A stretch of 32,000 nucleotides of DNA from Candidatus Saccharimonadota bacterium. Lineage in GTDB: Bacteria > Patescibacteriota > Gracilibacteria > UBA4473. The stretch is from the NCBI GenBank assembly GCA_963677105.1, contig OY781871.1, positions 870,001 to 902,000 on the forward strand, given 5' to 3'. Position 1 is the first letter of the stretch. Every line of letters starts with the position of its first letter. Shown here piece by piece: positions 17,441 through 23,530 of the stretch. Position numbers and translations under genes: made by a program. The notes under the pieces are model-generated. The model made no database searches and had not been told where the DNA came from. It saw nothing but the letters and a program-made list of their open reading frames with translations.

Positions 17441-17520
17441 GTGTAGAGGGAGGGAATCTTTAGTGCTTCGCTCTTCAGCTACGTCGAACCCCAGGATTCA
17501 TTTTCATGCGCTACGCGCAT
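17441..17520 (-). pseudogene. Decayed tRNA-Leu-derived fragment with a roughly 25-nt insertion in the T-loop
   Basis: GAGGGAGGGAATC (17446-17458) matches the tRNA-Leu gene at 17745-17757. A 25-nt insert follows, then TCGAACCCC (17484-17492), then CATGCGC-TAC-GCGCAT, which resembles the tRNA's CATGCGCGTCTAC. It has no acceptor 5' strand and no usable anticodon arm. Confidence 0.5.
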
Positions 17521-17562
17521 AAACAAAAACATTCCCAACCCACAGGGTTAAGAATATTTTCG

Positions 17563-17695
17563 TGGTGCCGAGGGAGGGTTTATCTCGACACTTCGTTACA
17601 ATAAATTGTAACTCGTTAGAGTTATTTGCATCTTCGCGATGCTCAGTGCAAATATTCGAACCCTCAATACATTTGGGATCTCTTCCGAACTCAAT
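17563..17695 (-). pseudogene. tRNA-Leu 3'-part copy (variable-arm-like region + T-arm + acceptor 3' strand + CCA), split by a 75-nt insertion in the T-loop
   Basis: TGGTGCCGAGGGAGGG (17563-17578) is identical to 17737-17752. ATTCGAACCCTC (17654-17665) supplies the other T-arm half. The 75 nt between them carry two hairpins: ATTTGCA/TGCAAAT, and GTTACAAT-aa-ATTGTAAC. I found no matching acceptor 5' strand. Confidence 0.55.
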
Positions 17696-17698
17696 AGA

Positions 17699-17726
17699 TA
17701 AAAAAATATGGAAACAAGTCCCATAT
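17699..17726 (-). terminator. Weak hairpin plus T7 tract downstream of tRNA-Leu
   Basis: On the minus strand this reads ATATGG-gacttgttt-CCATAT followed by TTTTTTT. The stem has only two GC pairs. Confidence 0.35.
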
Positions 17727-17736
17727 TATTTTCATC

Positions 17737-17821
17737 TGGTGCCGAGGGAGGGAATCGAACCCTCACTCCTTGCGGAACATGATTTTGAGTCATGCGCGTC
17801 TACCAATTCCGCCACCCCGGC
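17737..17821 (-). tRNA. tRNA-Leu (anticodon CAA), class II with a long variable arm and genomically encoded CCA
   Basis: The reverse complement is GCCGGGGTGGCGGAATTGGTAGACGCGCATGACTCAAAATCATGTTCCGCAAGGAGTGAGGGTTCGATTCCCTCCCTCGGCACCA. It folds with a 7-bp acceptor stem (one G-U pair), an anticodon loop CT-CAA-AA, a 13-nt variable arm and a GAGGG-TTCGATT-CCCTC T-arm. Confidence 0.93.
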
Positions 17822-17887
17822 ATATCGCTCAAAAGAACAGTCGCAGTTTACGAATTTCAATTGAGAGTGCAAATATTTTTTACGTAT

Positions 17888-17924
17888 TAAAAAAAATAGC
17901 TCCGACCAGAAGGGCAAGAGCTAT
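17888..17924 (-). terminator. Rho-independent terminator of the small-peptide operon
   Basis: On the minus strand this reads ATAGCTC-(15 nt with inner GCC/GGT pairing)-GAGCTAT followed by a T-run of about 8 nt. It lies 20 nt after the stop at 17945. Confidence 0.65.
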
Positions 17925-17944
17925 GTGGAATTTCAGGGAGAGGA

Positions 17945-18058
17945 TTAGTGATTTTTTCTCCATAAACTTTTCTTACAAGGTCTTTTGCATTTCTTGCATT
18001 TAGAAATGCTTGGAGAACAGTTTTGATCCCTTTTTCCTTTACCACTCTTTTTCGCCAT
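17945..18058 (-). CDS. 37-aa Cys-rich, highly cationic peptide, not in the ORF track
   Basis: The peptide is MAKKSGKGKRDQNCSPSISKCKKCKRPCKKSLWRKNH. The ATG at 18058 lies 6 nt after a perfect GGAGG (18069-18065). A TAA stop is followed by a terminator. Confidence 0.5.
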   Translation of the reverse strand: MAKKSGKGKRDQNCSPSISKCKKCKRPCKKSLWRKNH

Positions 18059-18075
18059 CATTTTCCTCCTTCTAG

Positions 18076-18246
18076 TTATTGATGGTTTGTGTTCCGGTGT
18101 TTAGAACATTCGGAACATGGTTTTGGCTGATGTTTTTCAATAATTTCAAGAATGTCTTTTGTTACACTATCCATCACATTGGGATCTGTAAAATCCAATT
18201 TTTTATGATGGATATCCAGAAGATACACTTTGAGTTCTTTCTCCAT
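18076..18246 (-). CDS. Small orphan protein (56 aa from the ATG) with a C-terminal CxxC
   Basis: The protein is MEKELKVYLLDIHHKKLDFTDPNVMDSVTKDILEIIEKHQPKPCSECSKHRNTNHQ. The tracked start at 18282 is a TTG, and I prefer the ATG at 18246, which is preceded by AAGGGA. Confidence 0.5.
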   Translation of the reverse strand: MEKELKVYLLDIHHKKLDFTDPNVMDSVTKDILEIIEKHQPKPCSECSKHRNTNHQ

Positions 18247-18324
18247 GGTTTTTTCCCTTTCCTTTTCTTTCAGTATTAACAAATTGAGGGGTTTTATTTT
18301 GACATTTGTGTAGTAATCCTCATA

Positions 18325-18420
18325 AGAGCCTGAAATTTCTCACTTTTTACTACGAAAACGACTTCATTCTTAGAAGAAGTCGAATATCAGTAATGTAAAA
18401 AATGAGAAGAATAAGGCTCT
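18325..18420. other. 96-nt imperfect inverted repeat, forming a long multi-segment hairpin. It is a candidate structured RNA or leader.
   Basis: Five stacked helices are present:
- AGAGCCT (18325-18331) / AGGCTCT (18414-18420)
- TTCTCA (18337-18342) / TGAGAA (18403-18408)
- TTTTTAC (18344-18350) / GTAAAAA (18395-18401)
- TAC / GTA
- CGACTTC (18359-18365) / GAAGTCG (18376-18382)

The apical loop is 10 nt. Confidence 0.55.
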
Positions 18421-18476
18421 GTAAATTGAAATGTAAAAGAACAAATGAAAATTCGCTTGATGGATTTACCACATTA

Positions 18477-18504
18477 CTTTTAGCATCTTTGTTTCTTTTG
18501 TCAA
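18477..18504 (-). promoter_or_regulatory. Candidate minus-strand promoter: TTGACA - 16 nt - TAAAAG (TG-C upstream of the -10)
   Basis: On the minus strand, TTGACA lies at 18504-18499 and TAAAAG at 18482-18477. Transcription from here would place the 96-nt hairpin inside a roughly 220-nt leader of the 18246 operon. Confidence 0.35.
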
Positions 18505-18624
18505 TCATTGAGAGTTAAAAAATTACATTTTCCCATAAATTTTAAAATTGTCGTCTCGTTTTTTGTGACTTTTTTTTCATTCCATCGTATTTTTCATCGT
18601 GTAATTATTAAAAAATTAAAATAC

Positions 18625-19401
18625 ATGAAAAAAGAACAATTATTTCCATTAGTAGGAGTGATACTCATTTGTGCGACTATCGTATTTTCTATTGCTCAAT
18701 TTCAAAAAACAGGAATTACTATTCGAAATGCAGGATCAACTTCTGGGAGTATCCAGAATTCAATTTCTGTTTCTGGAGAAGGCAAAATTACAGCAACGCC
18801 AGATATAGTACGTATTTCAGCAGGAGTTTCTGAATTAGCCGACACTACAAAAGAGGCTCAAAAACAAGCAAACGAAAAATTAGAACGAATAATTTCTATT
18901 TTAGAAAAAAATGATGTTCCAGCGCGGAAGATACAAACATCAAATCTTTCTTTTCGACCAGAATATGATTGGAAAGGTGATGATGGACGAACTCTTTTAG
19001 GACAGAGAGTGAGCCAAACTCTCAATATTGAAATTCCAGGAATTGATAAAAATCCAGAACGAGTAACAGATATATTAGATGATTTAGGTGAAATTGATTT
19101 TTTGGAATTAAATTCAGTTAATTTTGATATTGAAGATAAAAAAAATCTATTTTCTGCTGCTCGAGAAAAAGCGTTTGAAAAAGCTCATCAAAAAGCGGAA
19201 GAATTAGCAAAATTTGGAAAAGTTACATTGGGAGCTCCTATTACGATTTCAGAAGCAAGTATTCATTATAATCCGATGCCATTTCAAAATTTTGCAGCCA
19301 AAGAAATGATTATGTTAGATGGAATGGGCGGAGGATCATCACTTCCATCAGGAGAATTAGACGTAACTGCTACCGTAAATGTAGTTTTTGAAATTAAATA
19401 A
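18625..19401 (+). CDS. SIMPL/DUF541 family periplasmic protein (BP26-like)
   Basis: An N-terminal TM/signal (LFPLVGVILICATIVF) is followed by ISVSGEGKITATPDIVRISAGV...TSNLSFRPEY, which is typical of the family. I prefer the ATG at 18625 over the TTG-type start at 18508. Confidence 0.7.
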   Translation: MKKEQLFPLVGVILICATIVFSIAQFQKTGITIRNAGSTSGSIQNSISVSGEGKITATPDIVRISAGVSELADTTKEAQKQANEKLERIISILEKNDVPARKIQTSNLSFRPEYDWKGDDGRTLLGQRVSQTLNIEIPGIDKNPERVTDILDDLGEIDFLELNSVNFDIEDKKNLFSAAREKAFEKAHQKAEELAKFGKVTLGAPITISEASIHYNPMPFQNFAAKEMIMLDGMGGGSSLPSGELDVTATVNVVFEIK

Positions 19402-19426
19402 GAAAATAATAATATTGAATATTTAA

Positions 19427-19461
19427 AGTAAGGGAGAATAAATAATTCGTCCTTACTTTTG
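19427..19461 (+). terminator. Rho-independent terminator
   Basis: AGTAAGG (19427-19433) pairs with CCTTACT (19451-19457), followed by TTTTG. Confidence 0.55.
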
Positions 19462-19507
19462 TGTCTCAAAAATGTACAATATTGTCGATTTCTATTTTTT
19501 GTAATTT

Positions 19508-19966
19508 ATGTCGCGAAAATCTGTGTCCCAAATTCCAATGGCATTTCCTGATGAATATCATTGTGTTTCTGGATATTTACAATGTCATAAAATAATTTTA
19601 GATCGTGGTTCTCATTACTCAGTAACTGGTGGAAAAGTTTTATCTCGTGAAGGCGTAAAAGAGTTTTTAAAAAAAGTGAAACAAGATAAAAAATATGCAG
19701 CTGCAACACATAATTCTTGGGCAGCAAGAATTTCTCGAAATGGCGCTATTTTTGAAACAAAATCAGATGACGGAGAAACTGGCGCAGGACAAGTGATTCT
19801 TCATCAACTTCGTAAACAACAAGTAGTGGATGTTATTGTAGTTGTTACACGATGGTTTGGCGGAACAAAGCTTCAATCAGATAGATTTCGTCACTTACAA
19901 GATGCTACACGATACTTTATTGATAAAGAATTTCTATCGAAAAAGAAGTATTCCAGTGACAATTGA
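19508..19966 (+). CDS. IMPACT/YigZ (UPF0029) family protein
   Basis: The family core is present: AATHNSWAARI...DDGETGAGQVIL...VVVVTRWFGGTKL. Confidence 0.65.
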   Translation: MSRKSVSQIPMAFPDEYHCVSGYLQCHKIILDRGSHYSVTGGKVLSREGVKEFLKKVKQDKKYAAATHNSWAARISRNGAIFETKSDDGETGAGQVILHQLRKQQVVDVIVVVTRWFGGTKLQSDRFRHLQDATRYFIDKEFLSKKKYSSDN

Positions 19967-20311
19967 TAAGTGAGCAAGAATCCATGCAATATTTACGAGA
20001 ATAATGGCCCGTTCTTTATGTAAAATTCCATAAATAAGCCAGAAAATGGATGTTATGACATATGTACTCCATGAAGTAATAGCAAGTCCTTCTGTTTGAT
20101 GGTGAATCCAAACATTCATAATTTGAGGCGTTGTCATAATGGGGCCAATAAGTCCAACAACGGCAATGAATTGATCGAATAAATGTTTTATTTTTTCTCG
20201 GTCATGATGTCCAAGTAAACGAGAAAATATATTATGAACAACATGAAGTATCTTCCATTCACGTTTTTTTTGAATGTGATGATGCATTCCGGAACCGTGC
20301 ATAGTTGTCAT
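19934..20311 (-). CDS. SemiSWEET / PQ-loop small sugar-transporter-like protein with a His-rich N-terminal extension
   Basis: It has three TM helices with the PQ motif (IMTTPQIMNVW). The N-terminus reads MTTMHGSGMHHHIQKK. Its 3' end overlaps the convergent yigZ-like gene by 33 nt. Confidence 0.6.
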   Translation of the reverse strand: MTTMHGSGMHHHIQKKREWKILHVVHNIFSRLLGHHDREKIKHLFDQFIAVVGLIGPIMTTPQIMNVWIHHQTEGLAITSWSTYVITSIFWLIYGILHKERAIILVNIAWILAHLSIVTGILLFR

Positions 20312-20329
20312 GTGTATTTATTTTAAAAT

Positions 20330-21307
20330 CTATTCTGTAACAATTTTCCACTTTACTTCTTTTTTAAGATGTCCACCACGAATGGTAAAACCAGCGGCTT
20401 TTATGTGACCACCTCCACCAAATTTTTCTGCTAACGCTTTCACATCAACATTAGCTTTTCGTGTACGAAGAGAAGCTTTTACGTTTCCCTTTTCATCTTC
20501 AGAAAGAAGAACCGAATATTGTGCTTCGGGCATAGAACTCACCCAATCAATAACACCTCCAAGATCTTGTCTCGTTGCTCCAAGATTTTTATAATCATTT
20601 ACATGAGCACCGATTATTGCGGCACCATCTTCAGTAAGATGTAAATCTTTTAATACTTTTCCCCAGAGTTTAAATTTCCGGAATTCATTACTGTGGAATA
20701 CATGTTTTGCGATTTTTGTTACATTTCCTCCCGCACGAATAAGTGTTGCAGCGGCACGATATGCTTCTGGTGTTGTGTTTTGATGTTGAAATCCACCAGT
20801 GTCAGTATATAAACCAAGCAATAATGCAGTTGCGATTTCCGGTGTAATTTCTACATTTAACTTTTGCAATAATTCAAGTGTGATTTCACAACTAGAACTC
20901 GCAGCAGGATCAACAAAATTAATATCACCAAAATTATCATTTGTTGGGTGATGGTCTAAGTTAATCGTTGTCATAGAGTCAGATAATATTTCTGGTTTAT
21001 TTTCATGAAAACGAGTCATAACCTTATCTCCACAATCACAAATCCATGCGCTATCAAAATCTTTAACATCAAAATCCTGTACATATCTGTCTGTTCCTTC
21101 AATAAATTTAAAACTGTCCGGAATTTTATCAATACATGCTCGTTGAACATGTACATTTAGTTGTTCTAAACCAAGTGCTAGAGCCGCACTACAACCAACA
21201 GTGTCTCCGTCAGGATTCGCGTGTGCAATTACAACAACTTTTGGATTTTTTTGAATCCATTGTTGAGTTTTTTCAAGTTCTGATTTTTTGATAAATGGTT
21301 TTGACAT
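20330..21307 (-). CDS. nrnA: DHH/DHHA1 phosphoesterase (NrnA-type oligoribonuclease / pAp phosphatase)
   Basis: The DHH motifs are present: HANPDGDTVGC, CDCGD, NLDHHPTN and GGGH in the DHHA1 domain. Confidence 0.85.
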   Translation of the reverse strand: MSKPFIKKSELEKTQQWIQKNPKVVVIAHANPDGDTVGCSAALALGLEQLNVHVQRACIDKIPDSFKFIEGTDRYVQDFDVKDFDSAWICDCGDKVMTRFHENKPEILSDSMTTINLDHHPTNDNFGDINFVDPAASSSCEITLELLQKLNVEITPEIATALLLGLYTDTGGFQHQNTTPEAYRAAATLIRAGGNVTKIAKHVFHSNEFRKFKLWGKVLKDLHLTEDGAAIIGAHVNDYKNLGATRQDLGGVIDWVSSMPEAQYSVLLSEDEKGNVKASLRTRKANVDVKALAEKFGGGGHIKAAGFTIRGGHLKKEVKWKIVTE

Positions 21308-21362
21308 GTCGTTGTTTTTTTTTAAACACTAGAGGATATTTTACAACAAGTTTGTATGTATG

Positions 21363-22346
21363 TCAAAGTTTTTGTGACATTCTATTTGTAAGAGTCTCGG
21401 TTATAATATTTTGTACATCCAAAGCAAAAGGAAGGAGATTTTCTGATTTTTCTGCAGTTCTTCCCGCATAACGACTTGCAAGAAATAGTTCTTCAAGTCC
21501 AGTAAGTTCCTGTTCAGCTTTGAATGCTCGAATACTTTTAACCAAATGTTTTAACGATCGAGAAAGAGCTTGGGCTGCAACAGCATTTTCATTATTTTGT
21601 TTGAGAGTTAGTGCATCAGTAAGTTCTAAAATACGAGGAAGATGAATTTGAGCCTTTTCAGATTTTCCTGCTTGAAGAAGGGTCATGAATTGTTGAATTT
21701 TTGCTTGTAATTCTAAAAAATCACGAGTAGCAGCATCACCATGAAAGAGGCGAAGTTGTCGAAATGTCATAAGGGCTATTTCTAGTCGAGAAAGAGCTTT
21801 GTGTGGTCGATAGAGATTATCAGCAGGAATATGTGCTACTTGATATTTTTTTGCATATGCAAAGGCAAGAGCAAACCAATCGTCTTCAGAAATATCATCT
21901 GCAATTCCAGCTTTTGAATTCAAAAAAGGTCGATAATCAACATTGGTTGCACGAAAGAGAAAAGCAAGAAATTCGGCTTTGGAAACGGGTTGATCAGGAC
22001 GAAATTTATCTGCACGTCCGACTAATTCCAATGTAATTGCCCGAGAAATGGCGGGAGCATACCATGCATTTGGATTTATATCTGAAAAGGGGAGAGAGGT
22101 TGGATCAAAATTTTCAGGAATAGAAATTCCTCCAGCTCGTAAAGAAATAACAAGTGCTTCTGCTCGACTTACTAGTTTTTCTGGATGAAATCCGCCATCT
22201 TCAAATCTATTCATAACGCCTACATCTGAGAGATGTTGGAATATACGAGCATTTGGATCATCTGCGGCAATATCCGTAAAAGCAGAAACGGAAGATATAT
22301 TTATAAACAGAGATATTCCTAAAACAATTCCTGCTAATTTTTTCAT
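21363..22346 (-). CDS. Secreted protein with three SLH-like repeats and a helical C-terminal domain
   Basis: It has a signal peptide (MKKLAGIVLGISLFINISSVSA). Three F-x-D-(I/V)...W...F-x-P...(S/T)-(R/K)-x-E repeats follow: FTDIAADD..., FSDINPNAWY..., ADDISEDDWF... Confidence 0.7.
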   Translation of the reverse strand: MKKLAGIVLGISLFINISSVSAFTDIAADDPNARIFQHLSDVGVMNRFEDGGFHPEKLVSRAEALVISLRAGGISIPENFDPTSLPFSDINPNAWYAPAISRAITLELVGRADKFRPDQPVSKAEFLAFLFRATNVDYRPFLNSKAGIADDISEDDWFALAFAYAKKYQVAHIPADNLYRPHKALSRLEIALMTFRQLRLFHGDAATRDFLELQAKIQQFMTLLQAGKSEKAQIHLPRILELTDALTLKQNNENAVAAQALSRSLKHLVKSIRAFKAEQELTGLEELFLASRYAGRTAEKSENLLPFALDVQNIITETLTNRMSQKL

Positions 22347-22401
22347 CTCTGAAATGATACAGAAATTCTTGAGAGAGGAATAATTTTTTTCTCCTTTATA
22401 G

Positions 22402-22430
22402 TTGATTTTTTCTTCTTTTTAAGGTATAAT
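22402..22430 (+). promoter_or_regulatory. Promoter: TTGATT - 17 nt - TATAAT
   Basis: TTGATT lies at 22402-22407 and TATAAT at 22425-22430. As for the other MscS gene, it sits 23 nt upstream of the ATG with no SD. Confidence 0.5.
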
Positions 22431-22453
22431 TTCTTGAATTTTTCTCAAAAAAC

Positions 22454-23530
22454 ATGTTGGAAGTTTTTCAATCGGTCATTGATGTTTCTGCAATACAAGA
22501 GATAATGAAGTATTCTCTTGGAGAGAATACGGTAGGAGTTTATTCTTACGCTCTCATTCTTTTTGCTGTTTTGTGGGCAACAATTCGAGCTTTTCGTCTC
22601 ATCGGATTAAAAAAATTGCGAGAATGGGCTCAAAAAACACCACGAAAATTTGATGATAAAATACTGCAATGGGCAGTAGAGATTTCACCATTATTTTTTG
22701 CATATTTTTCGGCAGTTGTAGTTATCAATTTTTATCTCAAATTACCGGGAAATTTTGAACAAGTAATAGACAAAGGGTTTATTGTCCTTCTTATCTATGA
22801 AGCAATGTGTTTATTCCAAAAAGCAATGAATTATGGATTAGCACAGACACCATTGAAAAAAAACAAAACAACGCTTCATGGTTCACAACGAATGTTTGGA
22901 ATTATTATTTGGTCTATTGGTTTGCTAATGGTTTTGGCAAATTTAGGCGTCAACGTAACAACATTAATAGCTTCTTTGGGAATTAGCGGAATTGCGATTG
23001 CATTTGCATTACAGCATATACTTGGAGATATTTTTTCATCATTTTCTATATTCTTCGACAAACCTTTTGCAGAAGGAGATTACGTTGTTGTAGGAGAAGA
23101 AGAAGGAGAAATTAAATCGATTGGATTAAAAACAACGCGTATTACAGCGTTAGGTGGAGAGGAGATCGTCATGTCAAATAAAGAACTTACTGAATCTTGT
23201 ATTCATAATTATGGAAAATTAAAAAGTCGACGTATTCAATTTATTACGAAAGTGGCATTTGATACGCCATTGAAAAAATTACAGATTGTAGATGATATTT
23301 TGAAAGCTGCAATTGAAGGACAAAAAATATGTGAATTTGATCGTGTGTGGTTTAAAAAAATTAATGATTCAAGCTATGACTTTGAAACAGTGTATTATGT
23401 TAATTCTGACGATTATATGGATTATGTGATCGTTCAAGAAAAAATAAACTGGATTATTGTGAAAGAGTTTGAAAAAAGTGGAATTGAATTTTCGCTTCCT
23501 ACTTCCGTTAAAATCGCATACAAAAAATGA
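22454..23530 (+). CDS. Mechanosensitive ion channel family protein (MscS-like, second paralogue)
   Basis: TM helices are followed by FAEGDYVVVGEEEGEIKSIGLKTTRITALGGEEIVMSNKEL. Confidence 0.85.
   Translation: MLEVFQSVIDVSAIQEIMKYSLGENTVGVYSYALILFAVLWATIRAFRLIGLKKLREWAQKTPRKFDDKILQWAVEISPLFFAYFSAVVVINFYLKLPGNFEQVIDKGFIVLLIYEAMCLFQKAMNYGLAQTPLKKNKTTLHGSQRMFGIIIWSIGLLMVLANLGVNVTTLIASLGISGIAIAFALQHILGDIFSSFSIFFDKPFAEGDYVVVGEEEGEIKSIGLKTTRITALGGEEIVMSNKELTESCIHNYGKLKSRRIQFITKVAFDTPLKKLQIVDDILKAAIEGQKICEFDRVWFKKINDSSYDFETVYYVNSDDYMDYVIVQEKINWIIVKEFEKSGIEFSLPTSVKIAYKK

Noticed and set aside
17563-17695. I considered whether the tRNA-like 3' end with encoded CCA and a large internal insert could be a tmRNA (ssrA) or a permuted tmRNA piece.
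   Set aside because: The acceptor 3' strand (CCTCGGC-A-CCA) is that of the neighbouring tRNA-Leu, not the alanine-identity G-U acceptor of tmRNA. I found no matching 5' strand, tag reading frame or pseudoknot series.
17328-18003. Five tracked ORFs of 61-100 aa cross the tRNA region: 17328-17522, 17562-17864, 17596-17793, 17732-17917 and 17770-18003.
   Set aside because: They run through a bona fide tRNA-Leu gene and its degenerate copies. They have no start context and no coding-like composition.
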